Of a stretch of 64,000 nucleotides of DNA, positions 25,717-37,426 are shown piece by piece (the first letter of the stretch is position 1; each line of letters begins with the position of its first letter). Source of the DNA: Octopus bimaculoides (Eukaryota); contig NC_068998.1 of NCBI RefSeq assembly GCF_001194135.2, forward strand, positions 20,567,716 to 20,631,715, written 5' to 3'. Below the pieces are notes generated by a model. That model had not been told where the DNA came from and ran no database searches. It was given only the letters and a program-made list of their open reading frames with translations. Made by a program: the position numbers and the translations under genes.

Positions 25717-26200
25717 ATGAATTTAGATATGACCCGGAAGAAGGAGTCACCTTTGAGGTATATTACCAAAGATTTGAACAAATTTTTGAAAAAGAATGCC
25801 AAGACTGAACAGATGAAATGAAAACGCATCTAATTCTGATAGAGCATGAGAAATACTGTAACTTTATATTGCCTAAAAAAGTTTATGGCATAAATTTCAT
25901 GGACACAATTGACATTTTATGTAAGATGTTTGGTGAAAAATCATCATCGTTCAACATACATTGGAAGTGTTTGAACACTGAGAAAAACGATCGTGAAGAC
26001 TTTACCACATATGCGAGAGATTTAAACTGGATAAACTAACACCAGGCTTGTTCAAGTGCCTGATTTTTGTTCAAGGACTTACTGCTAAAAAGGACACAGA
26101 AGTCAGAATGAAAATTCTCACAAAGCTGAAAATGAACCAGGATATAACTTTCCAGAAACTATCAGAAGAATGTGATAAGGTATTGAAAAAAGACACAGAA
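25717..26200 (+). mobile_element. decayed Gypsy gag fragment (K02A2.6/Mag-like)
   Basis: EFRYDPEEGVTFEVYYQRFEQIFEKEC..EHEKYCNFILPK..MFGEKSS..WKCLN..FKCLIFVQGL..DTEVRMKILTKL. Confidence 0.75.
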
Positions 26201-26470
26201 ACCAATTGAAGAAGAGATTCATAGAAAAGAACCAGACAGATAAGAAGAACCTATGGAATGGCTGTATGACATATTCCAGGTACCAACATCATTACAGGTG
26301 GTTGAATCTATGCATACAAATGGAAGAAAAAAGGAAGAACACAGAGTTCCTATACATAGATGCTAAAAAAGAAAAAAAATATTAAGTTGGAAAAAAGATG
26401 TTAAAATGGGAGGAAGGGTGAATAAAATAAAATAAAATTACTTGCTTCTCAAACAAAAAAACAAACCAAC

Positions 26471-26777
26471 AGGGGAGATGTTGTAGTAAAAATGGTACTC
26501 CCCTTCTCACGTGATAATATAGTCAATATCGACAATATAGACAATCAGTTGTTGTAGGGTGTCAATAATAGAGTCATTGTATGAGTTCTCAGTTGGAGTT
26601 AGTGGTAGTTACATAATATATACAAGTTTGAGTTACCGTCAAGGTAGATGTTTCAAAGTCATGATAGACAAGTCAAAGATAATAAGATGTGGAATACTGT
26701 CACAACATAATAGTGGTAACAAGAATATCAGAGTGCCAACAATAATATACAAGTGGGTGAGGATCCACACTATAGAA
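26471..26777 (+). mobile_element. polypurine tract plus putative 3' LTR
   Basis: AGGGGAGA directly followed by TGTTGTAGT; decayed ACTATAGAA end; lies downstream of the gag remnant. Confidence 0.45.
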
Positions 26778-26799
26778 GAACACTCCAGTACTTATTTTT

Positions 26800-27043
26800 T
26801 TTTCTTTTGGTCTCTTTTGCCGAAGCTCTAAGTTACGAAGATAGAAACATACTAGCACCGGTTGTAAAGAGGTGGAGACGGGATACACACACACACACAC
26901 ACACATGATGGGCTGCTTCCACTTTCTCTCTACCAAATCCACTCTCAAGGCTACAGTAGAAGACACTTGCCCAAGGTGCCATCCAGTTGCACTGAACCCA
27001 GAACCATGTGGTTAAAAAGCAAGCTTCTTACCGCACAGCCATG
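26800..27043 (-). mobile_element. SINE family A
   Basis: Reverse-complement similarity to 56-438, with internal (CA)n. Confidence 0.7.
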
Positions 27044-27442
27044 TCACTTTTTTCCTTTTGAATTAATCCTTCAAGTACTAAACCACCTGGCTCTGCCTCC
27101 AGTTCCTTTCATTTTAAAGTGTTAATATGTAAATTAAAATCTCAAATCATAATTATGTATCAGAATTTTTTTGTTAAGCAATATTCCAAATATCAGTTTA
27201 ATAATCTTGTCTAATTTTGGGTGCAAGGCCAGAAATTTTGAGAGGAGGGGCAGTTGATTATATTAACCCCAGTGCTCAACTGATACTTATTTTGTGAACT
27301 CCAAAAGGATGAAAGACAAAGTTAACCCTCTATAGAATTTAAACTCAGAACATAAAGCTGGAAGAAATGCTGCTAAGCATTTTGTCTGTCATGCTAATGA
27401 TTCTGCCAGTCTGCCACCTTTAAATGCCTTTTGATTACAATG

Positions 27443-27880
27443 TGTAACACGATTTTTGTCATTGAGTAACAACAGTTATTTCCTATCTGCTTACCCTTAG
27501 AAAGTATGAAAAACAGTTAATATTTCCTTCAAACTTTGCTTTTGTTACATTTATGCAAGCTCTCAAGACATGGCTATAATGTTCCCCTACTACTGCTGCT
27601 CATGACATGCTCAAATGGCTAGCATCAAGCAACTGACATGCAAATCTGTGGTACTGAGCAGAATATTTGCTATAATGATATTTCTACTTCAGCAACACAG
27701 TGCTGAATCTGTCTGAAATGTAATGGAAAATAGGTCAGTTTGAAAACATTGATGTCCAGGTCCCAAAATCAAAGCTTGAAGAGAATAGTAGCCATTTCCT
27801 TTCATTTCTAGATAGAAGCAAATAGGAAATAACATTTACCAACCAAAGACAAAAAAAAAAAAAATTAAAATTTTGTTTCA
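27443..27880. mobile_element. solo LTR-like element with 5-bp TSD
   Basis: TGTAACAC...TGTTTCA termini; TSD CAATG at 27438-27442 and 27881-27885; homologous copy at 47859-48547. Confidence 0.65.
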
Positions 27881-28189
27881 CAATGTAATGATAATACCAG
27901 ATATTTTACTAAATCTTTTCAAATTAAATTCTTGATCATTTTTGAAACAAGATGAAGCATAAAGGCAAGGTATTTCNNNNNNNNNNNNNNNNNNNNNNNN
28001 NNNNNNNNNNNNNNNNNNNNNNNNNNNNNNNNNNNNNNNNNNNNNNNNNNNNNNNNNNNNNNNNNNNNNNNNNNNNNNNNNNNNNNNNNNNNNNNNNNNN
28101 NNNNNNNNNNNNNNNNNNNNNNNNNNNNNNNNNNNNNNNNNNNNNNNNNNNNNNNNNNNNNNNNNNNNNNNNNNNNNNNNNNNNNNNNN

Positions 28190-28347
28190 AACTGTCCGAT
28201 GTAACTTAGCGGTTCGGCATAAGAGACCGATAGAATAAGTACTAGGCTTCCAAAGAATAAGTCCTGGGGTCGATTTGCTCGACTAAAGGCGGTGCTCCAG
28301 CATGGCCGCAGTCAAATGACTGAAACAAGTAAAAGAGTAAAAGAGTA
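28190..28347 (+). mobile_element. SINE family A, 3' half (5' part in the gap)
   Basis: Nearly identical to 300-438. Confidence 0.8.
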
Positions 28348-29359
28348 ATTGTAGCAAATGGCAACAGCAATTCTGTAAGTTTTAATTTGAAAGTCCTATG
28401 TAAGAGTTAGTACAACAGGTTATCGTTGACTCCTTGCACACTCATGGTCAAAAAGGTTTCAGCTGTAACCACCCTCCACTCAAAGCATATCTAGAACTAC
28501 ATTATCAGATATATCCTTTCTGTTTCTTTAAGACTGTAGGGTATGATTTTGGGGGAGATTTGGCTGCTATATCTAGCAGACTGAGTGATAAGGTAGAGGC
28601 TCTACAATGTGCTGGTTAAGCTTCTTAGCTTCTCACAACATATCCTTCCACATATAAGTTCCATATAAAGTGAAATGGAATCATGATCATTGAGTTTATA
28701 TTATTATCAACATCAGTTATGCTGGATGATAGTTGTTGTTGGTTGAATACACTTACTAATGAGTGGCCAATTGATAGAGTTATTAAATAGAATATTTTGT
28801 TAAATATGATATTTTGTTAAATATATATTAGTAACAGAGGCAGTATTAATACCAAGAGGTGTGCACCGAAAGCCAATGTGAGAGTTTCGATCATTGTATC
28901 TACCATAGTATAGTTTGTTCTAACAGAACATCAATGTTTAAGTGAGTATAACTATTACCTCACAATATTTTGTGGTATTCTATGTATGTATGGATGGATG
29001 GATGGATGGATGTATGTATGTGTGTATTCTGATATTCTTATAACCTCCATAGTTTATTTTTAATAGAGGAAGGGATAACTTCTATTTCCTACAATAATTA
29101 TCAAAAGTCTATCAAGTTTTTCTCTTCTACTCAAGGCACAAGGCCCGAAATTTTTGGTGAGGAAGCCAGTTGATTAGGTCGACCCCAGTACAGAACTGGC
29201 ACTTAATTCATCGACCCCGAAAGAATGAAATGCAAAGCCTTGGTGGTGGAATTTGAACTCAGAATGTAAAGACANNNNNNNNNNAGTTTATTTTTAATAG
29301 AGGAAGGGATAACTTCTATTTCCTACAATAATTATCAAAAGTCTATCAAGTTTTTCTCT

Positions 29360-29567
29360 TCTACTCAAGGCACAAGGCCCGAAATTTTTGGTGAGGAAGC
29401 CAGTTGATTAGGTCGACCCCAGTACAGAACTGGCACTTAATTCATCGACCCCGAAAGAATGAAATGCAAAGCCTTGGTGGTGGAATTTGAACTCAGAACG
29501 TAACGGCAGACGAAATACCGCTAAGCATTTCGCCCGGCGTGCTAACGTTTCTGCTAGCTCGCCGCCT
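29360..29567 (-). mobile_element. SINE family C
   Basis: Head AGGCGGCGAGCTAGCAGAAACGTTAGCACGCC; same core as 12063-12293. Confidence 0.8.
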
Positions 29568-29603
29568 TCCAAAATCCATCAAGTTATTAAGAATAACACT
29601 TAC

Positions 29604-29825
29604 TCATAAATTTCTTCTTGCTAAATTGAAACAAAGAGGCATCAGAGATTGTATAAACATTTCTTTTGCTTTTTGTTTTAAGATCTGTCATTGTACAAAG
29701 AAATTGATCAGCCACGAACTTTCTTTCAATTTCTTTTTTGTGTGATTTCTGGATTTTTCACTTTCTGTCTTCCTGTGTTTTTCTTGTTTTCTTCTTCTTT
29801 TGCTATTTACTCTGTGTTCATTGAT
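29604..29825 (-). CDS. candidate exon carrying a start codon (ATG at 29691), possibly the first coding exon of the NHL gene
   Basis: Acceptor TTTTTTCTTACAG| and donor TGA|GTAAGT. MTDLKTKSKRNVYTISDASLFQFSKKKFM ends in phase 1, matching the phase-1 acceptor at 2842. In-frame stops lie upstream of the ATG. Confidence 0.45.
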
Positions 29826-30341
29826 CTGTAAGAAAAAAACCCCAACTAAACTAAAATAAAAATCTGTAAAATAGGAGACAACAAATTATGGTGTGATAGA
29901 CAAATAAAAAAAAAGGTGGCTGTTTTTTTTCTAGTCACATATATAGGTCCAGGTGTGGCTGGGTGGTTGTGAAGTTTGCTTCACTACTGCATGATTTCAG
30001 GTTCAGTCCCACTGTATGACACTTTGGGCATATGTCTTCTACAATAACCCTTGGGTGTACACAGCCTTGTGAGTGAATTTGGTAGATGGAGATTAAAAGA
30101 AGCCAGTCATGTGTGTTGTGTGTGTGTGTATATATATATGGTAAATGAAAGACAGAAGATAGAATACATGAGAATTTTTATTATTAATCATGACAATTGT
30201 TTCAACACATCTAGCACCAATCCCTCACAGGTGGGACACTTAACCACTGGTTATATATAATATATATATACAAACATACACACAGACACATATATGTATG
30301 TGTGTGTGTGTATAGGTTGTGTGTTTCTGTGATTATATGTA

Positions 30342-30394
<53 letters not shown>

Positions 30395-31734
30395 ATATAT
30401 GAAAGGCAGAGTCGACCTCGGCGGAATTTGAACTCAGAACGTAAAGACAGGCGAAATACCGCTAAGCATTTCACCAGGCGTGCTAACGTTTCTGCCAGCT
30501 CACCGCCTTACCAGTTTCATGAAGCTATAGATAAGAATTTCCAAAAAAATTCAAGATACTACAAGATAATTAATTCACACTGAATCAGGATAGGGTTTGC
30601 AAAAACTTTTCACAAATCATCTCTTCGCATAATAATAAGTTGTTAAATACAAATCCACTTAATGAAAATAGTAACATTGATATTATTAACCATTCTTAAA
30701 TAATAATAATGAAGAGAGATAATTTTTACCATAAGAGAGAATGTTTTCTCTTTTGTAATTGCAGTGAATTTGTCTTCAGAAGTTAAAATATGTCACAAAC
30801 ATATTTTAACTAACCTAAAGTTCATTTATTCCTCATCACTGCTTAGCACTGATACTACTGTAATTATTCTGACCTGGCGGTCCGTGAGTGTATCAGTCAC
30901 TGATATTGATTGTTCTAAGATAAAGCTACAGTTTTAGAATCTGCATAGGGTTATCTACCTTTAGTATCTCCTACTGAGAAAGGCTAAAGAGCCAGAAATG
31001 CACCTAGGAGATCTGCTAGAGGGAGGAACTGGGTAAATATGGTGTTTTTACATCTTTTACTGTGAGAGAACTGTTTTCTCCACAGTTACTGCAGTGAATT
31101 TGCTGTTAGAAGTTAAAACATGTCACAAACATATTTTTAACTAATTTAAAGTCTATATGTGTGTGTGTGTGTGTGTGCGCGCGCACACGCACGTTTGTGT
31201 GTGTGTATGATATCTTTTCAGTGATCCTGATTTTAAAGATGTTGGTTGATTAAAACGAGGAACAACCTTCAAGCATAGGTTCTTCATATTTTGGTTAGAA
31301 ATAAAAACAGTTACCTAGCAATTCTTAACTGATTTTAAATGTAAACTCACAGAAATTTATTGATGTTGTTGCATGGAATGTAGCATAAAATTTCAATCGG
31401 GTGAAAACCATATCTGGTATGATAACTATGTCTAACTTCATTCCACCTCTCTCTTTTGAACTCTAAATAACCTGTATATGTCATACGAAGGTTCTGAAAT
31501 TAAATTCCAGTTAAAGGTGATAGATATGTGCTACAGTTACCGTATTAAAAACTGATTGATTAGTCAGGTATGAGTAGAGGTCACTTTACATCTCAGAGGA
31601 GATAATACAAATTTCCTACTTTCCTTCCTTTACTCTTAATAATGGTTTCAAATTTTGGCACAAGACCAGCAATTTCGATAGAGGTGTAACTCGATTGCAT
31701 CGGCTCCTGTGTTCAACTGGTACTTAGGATCTTT

Positions 31735-32714
31735 GTGGTTTTCATCACTGTTTACAATTATCTTTAAAACAAATTTTTTAATGTATCATATACATGTAAT
31801 TTTTGATGCACGCTGAATCCGAATTTGTTATTCATTTATTCCAGAAAAATTTTGCAAAAATGTTACAGGTGTTCAAAGTTTGATAATTTTCAGAATTTTT
31901 AACCAATCAGAAAACAGCGCATTCGCTGCCTCTTCCATCATCAGGGAGTGGGGCATCAGCATGTCAAAACATCAAGCTAGCTACGCGAGCAAATTAAATA
32001 TTTAAAAGCTGCGAATAAACAAACCAACAGTTGATAGAAATAACAGACAAAACATTAAAATATACACGAGCAAAGTTAATATAAAAACATTCGCGAGCAA
32101 ATTAAATATTTAAAAGCTATGAACAAGCTAACAGGAGTTGCTAGAAATAACAGAGATTTATTAGTTTAAAACAATTCAAGAATGAAATTTGCAATACACT
32201 CTTAGATTTTATAAAATAAATTATCTTTCTCGTATCTCCTTCTCCACATAAATTCACAAAGATAAGAGTCAACCACGCCCAGTTGAGTGTGAGTCCCATC
32301 TGTTATGAAAACAAACAATTATAGAACAAGAGGTGGTTACACTCCTTGTGTGCATGCGCAGCATCTTTGGTTACTATAGAAACAAAGTTCTTCGCAATCA
32401 GTCACGGAACACGTGGTGCGTCTTTGCTTTGGTTACTATAGAAACAAAGTTCTTCGCAACCAGTCACAGAACACGTGGTGTGTCTTTGCTTTGGTTACTA
32501 TAGAAACAGACTTCTACACCTCGGTAATGTCTAAAATATTCACTTCTGATTGGCTAAAATACCCAAATTTTGCAAATTTCAAAGGCTAATAACTTTTTAA
32601 TTATGGATTTATCGGTAAAATGAATTTCATTTTCATAATTAGTATACAAAACTTAATTCATATACCAAATTTGAAAACAGCTGGAACAAAATTATAAACA
32701 GTGATGCAAACCAC
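31735..32714. mobile_element. about 1-kb non-autonomous TIR element (Harbinger-like, tentative) with internal 62-bp tandem repeat
   Basis: TIR GTGGTTTTCATCACTGTTTACAATT / AATTATAAACAGTGATGCAAACCAC; inverted subterminal AACCAATCAGAA / TTCTGATTGGCT; no TSD confirmed. Confidence 0.6.
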
Positions 32715-34057
32715 CTCGGCCCGTGTCTTCATGTCACAGGTTCCCTCCACAGTTAGAGATCGGCACTTCTTTACACAGCTGTCCTCGTCCATACCACATG
32801 ACCATACCAGCGCAGTCGTCTCTCTTGCACACCACATCTGATTCCTCTTATGCCTATATATATATTAACATACATACATACATACATACACTGACGTTAT
32901 TCACGCACATACATACATCGATTCATACTCTTTCAAGCTATCCCACTATAATGGGAGGCAAGGTTCCCGATATCGGATGAATATTGTCTTCTCCCATTTA
33001 AATTGTTCTTTGTGTTGTTTCAGGCTCCAACAAGCGAGGAAAGAAGTCTCAAGTAGAAATGCAAATTCACAACCAGTTTTATTTACATCGTTACACAATA
33101 AATGAAGTGCGTCGCTCTCCGTTGACCATCTCAAGCTGTGTACATCTCGTTGTATCTCCATTAATGTGGGCCCATTACCTCTAGAGATACGATGTGCAGA
33201 CAGGACTAGCCTGGAGACCCAGCCAGCAAATGTGTGTGTTCAGCAAGCGCTTGCGATGAAGAAGCGATAGAATCTGTTTGTTGGGCCCTTATACCCTATT
33301 TGCCATCGCGAGCCTCATTGGGATCTCGTGCATGGCAAATGGATGCAGGTGAGATCTCGCTCCAGTCTCAGATATGGCAATGGCTACCGGCGAGATCTCA
33401 TCCAATATGACGCGGACTGCTTGTGCCGCCACACCACTATCAGTCCTAAGAATTTGGACATACTCTACTACAGTTAAGATTATACATTGTGTTAATAGAA
33501 ACGGGAAGCTAGAAGTGAGGAATAGAATATAATCAAATAAAATATGGTACAGACACATAAATCTAGAAATAAACTAAAGAGGTTACATTTTAGAGTTAAT
33601 TGGTAGTATTATTAGCACATAAAAATTCATGCTAGCAAATCTACCCATCTATGATGGAGGCATAAAATTCACTTTCTGGAGAAAGGGGCACTCTGGCAGG
33701 TATGGCTTTTCCCAGTCGAGGTTGGCTGTAGGGGATTCCCTGCTCAGTTGGCATGGAGGATGCTTACAGCAACTAGAATGATAGGTAAGGAATGAAGGGT
33801 AGCTATGCACAGGGTGGGAGAGGCAGCTGAAAGAGCCTCTTGTTGGCTTTGGAGTAAGAGAGAAGAGTTAAGCTGGAAGCCAGAAGGAGATAAGGAGCAG
33901 TGACTTGACCACCTCTGTTGACCCATCAGTGGAAGGGTGTTATGGTTCAGGGTCGAAACACTTGTTGAACATTGGATACCGTCTGACCACATCAATTCCT
34001 TCTGGCCGTGGCTCCATTCACCAAAGTGAATGGATAAAGCACCTCCTTATAGGTGTT

Positions 34058-34104
<47 letters not shown>

Positions 34105-34224
34105 TAGATATTATCTATCTGTCTGTCTGTCTGCCTGTCTGTCTATCTATCTGTATGNNNNNNNNNNTGTCTGTCTGCCTGTCTGTCTATCTATCTGTAT
34201 GTATGTATGTATGTATGTATGTAT

Positions 34225-34265
<41 letters not shown>

Positions 34266-34650
34266 ATTATAATAATACAAATAATATAAGAGTATATGCA
34301 TATAGGCATACATGTATGTACTAACGTACATACCTACATCTACATGTATACATAGATACATATCTGGGTACAGGACATCACAAAGAAACGTGGACAAAAT
34401 GAAAAACGAGAACATAAACAGAGCACGGAAAACAAACTTTTTTTCAGACAATGGTAGGAACACACAGGAAAACACATAGGCCACATAGAGAACATTTCCT
34501 TCATCAGCTGCCCCTATTCTAAACTAAGTGTTTCGAAGAGTTAGGGCAGGACGCATTGTTAGAATAGCACTTCCTGCAAAGCAAATTAAATTAAACTGGT
34601 GATGCGGAGGAATTAAGTGGCAAACAAAAAACGCGACAGAGAAAATACAT

Positions 34651-36164
34651 ATTAGAATCGAAGGGCCTTAGAGTCAACCTAGCTAAAACCAAAGTCTTAA
34701 TAAGTAGGAAGGCAGACAAACCACAAATCCCTTCAAGTAGATGGCCCTGCTCGATCTGTAGAAAAAACGTAGGTAGAAACACTATAAGAAGTACCCAGTG
34801 TAAGCTATGGACATATAAGAGGTGCAGCAATATCAAAGGAAGGCTAAGTGGGAAGATAGTTTTTGTATGTGGCAGATGCTCAGGAGCAATAAACACTGAA
34901 AATGCGCAGAGAACAACTTCTGTCACATTCCAGGGAGAAAACTACAAGTAGTTGGATGCTTGCTTTACCTAGGTGACCAAGTCAGTAGTGGGAGTGGATG
35001 CTCTGAAAGTGTAGCTGCTAGAATAAGAATAGCCTGGGCAAAGTTCAGAGAGCTCCTACCTCTGCTGGTGACAAAGGGCTTCTCGCTCAGAGTAAAAGGT
35101 AGACTGTATGACACATGTGTATGAACAGCCATGCTACATGGCAGTGAAACATGGGCTGTGTCTGCTGAGGACATGTGTAAGCTTGCAAGGAATGAAGCCA
35201 GTATGCTCCGATGGATGTGTAATGTCAGTGTGCATACACGACAGACTGTAAATGCCTTGAGAGAAAAGTTGGACCTAAGAAGCATCAGATGGGGTGTGCA
35301 TCAGATGGGGTGTGCAAGAGAGATGACTGCGCTGGTATGGTCATGTGGTGAGAATGGAAGAGGATAGCTGTGTGAAAAAGTGTCACACCCTAGAAGTTGT
35401 GGGAACCTGTGGAAGAGGTAGACCCAGGAAGACCTGGGATGAGGTGGTGAAGCATGACCTTCGAACATTAGGCCTCATTGAGACAATGACTAGTGACCGA
35501 GACCTTTGGAAATATGCTGTTCTTGAGAAAACCCAGCAAGCCAAGCGAAACCATAACTCATGACCTATGCCAGGGGTGTAACCAGCCCACTTATGTGTAC
35601 CTTTCTTTCATTGGACACTAAATTCTGCTTGCAAAGACCTGTTGAGTCAAGTGAAATCGAAATGAAATTCGCTGATGTGGCCAATGTCAGCACCAGCTGA
35701 CTGGCATCCGTACTAGTGGAACATTAAGAGCACCATCCAATCGCGATCGTTGCCAGGGCTGCTGACTGGCTCTCGTGCCGGTGACACATAAAAAGCACCA
35801 TTCGAGTGTGATCGTTACCAGCGTTGCCTTACTGGCACTTGTGCCGGTGGCATGTGAAAAACAACATTCGAGTGAGGTTGTTGCCAGTGCCACTGGACTG
35901 GCTCCTGTGCAGGTGGCACATAAAAAACACCATTCGAGCGTGGTCGTTGCCAGTACCACCTGACTGGCCCTTGTGCCGGTGGCATGTAAAAGCACCCACT
36001 ACACTCTTGGAGTGGTCGGAGTTAGGAAGGGCATTCAGCCATAGAAACTCTGCCAGATCAGATTGGAGTCTGGTGAAGCCATCTGGCTCGCCAGTCCTCA
36101 GTAAAACCGTCCAACTCATGCCAGCATGGAAAGCAGACGTTAAACGATGATGATGATGATGATG
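34651..36164 (+). mobile_element. 5'-truncated RTE LINE: RT C-terminus with PHD-like insert, 3' UTR array and (GAT)n tail
   Basis: LESKGLRVNLAKTKVL, YLGDQ, MLHGSETW, RLRWYGHVVRM, GRGRPRKTW; tail GTTAAAC(GAT)n; a few frameshifts. Confidence 0.9.
35710..35997 (+). repeat. about 66-bp tandem array (about 4.4 units) in the RTE 3' UTR
   Basis: Units start at 35710, 35775, 35841, 35907 and 35973. Consensus GTGCCGGTGGCAC.TAAAAAGCACCATTCGAG.GTGGTCGTTGCCAG..N..ACTGGC. Confidence 0.85.
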
Positions 36165-36866
36165 TAATAGCAATGGTATTCGTTGTTTGTCATTTGTAAG
36201 ATGAAAGAAAGTGATCGAAGTTGTAAAGAAATATTTATTTACCGTTACTTAATATAATGCCATGCCTCAGTGAGCAGGTGGTATGTGATATAATATAAGT
36301 GGAAGGAATGCGAGATAAAGGAAGTTAACTTCTTGTATAATTGGTATTTGTGTTATTGTCATTGTATAGTAGTAACCTACAGATAAAAATGGAGTGAAGT
36401 TCTAGAGAAGAGAAAGTGAGCTAGTGAGAGCGAGAGAGTCAAGGGAAGTTGTGTCTCATAGTCGCTGATTGTAACTTTCTTTTTCCCTCTGGCCGTTTGT
36501 CTTTAGTGGCTACGTGCTTGTGGCCATGACTAGTTGTCCTGTGCTCTCACTAACTGATTTTTGCCTTACCAAATTCTAGTATTTATTACTATCCAAAACC
36601 AGTCAGAAGGCTAGACATATTGTTGAGAACAATAGATTTCATTTGGGGTCTGTTATCTCTATTCTAACTTTTGTTGGCCTCGAAGAAGTTCGAAGGGTCA
36701 AGTGGCAAAGACATTATTCTGCTTAGCGAAAGCATCTGGTAAATGTAACTGCTGTCACTCACAGAAAAACTATTGTTTTACCTGAGAAAAGTGCTGTTGA
36801 ACTGTTAAGTGAAATTTGGTGATCGAGGATCGAATCCATGCTATGCCTGCATGAAGCCACTACACA

Positions 36867-36918
<52 letters not shown>

Positions 36919-36928
36919 CACACACAAT

Positions 36929-37241
36929 GCAAATAAGAAAATGGATAGGATAAACAATTGACAAACATCAGCCTGTAAACATTCAATTATATTTATTTAT
37001 TAATTAATTACAATCATTTGTATAAGTGATCCAAATAAATGAATGAAATAAACAAATAAATAAGTAAATAAATAGGTTTTTGTTTTTATTTATCTATTTA
37101 TTTACTTATTTATTTGCTTATTTCATTCATTTATTTGGATCACTTATACACATGATTGTAATGAATTAATAAATATAACCCAAATGAATGTTTACTGGCT
37201 GATGTTTGTCAATTGTTTATCCTCTCCATTTTCTTATTTGC
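36929..37241. mobile_element. 313-bp fold-back element (imperfect long palindrome)
   Basis: Arms GCAAATAAGAAAATGGATAGGATAAACAATTGACAAACATCAGCC... and its reverse complement, pairing over roughly 150 bp; no TSD found. Confidence 0.75.
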
Positions 37242-37426
37242 CTTATAAATCCTGGATAAATTTCTGTTTTACCCCCACCCATACCTAGTATTTAATTGTG
37301 ATATTGCCCTGCAATAATAAGCACTTGGATATAAATACGTAGGTATAAATCCAGTAGTATATTGGATATTTAATATCCCTTAGATGGTTGCTTAACCTCT
37401 AACTCATACAAATATATATATATATA

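Noticed and set aside
29041-29500. Apparent tandem duplication around a 10-N gap (same pattern at 34158, 40296 and 58797)
   Set aside because: Near-identical sequence on both sides of a minimal gap is typical of unmerged contig overlaps.
32946-33472. Possible solo LTR (TATAATGG..CTACTACA); also 36164-36600
   Set aside because: Termini are degenerate, with no TSD, PBS or second copy in the window.
35710-35997. Repeat array as a CRISPR-like locus
   Set aside because: Units are contiguous tandem copies without unique spacers, inside a LINE 3' UTR, with no cas genes.
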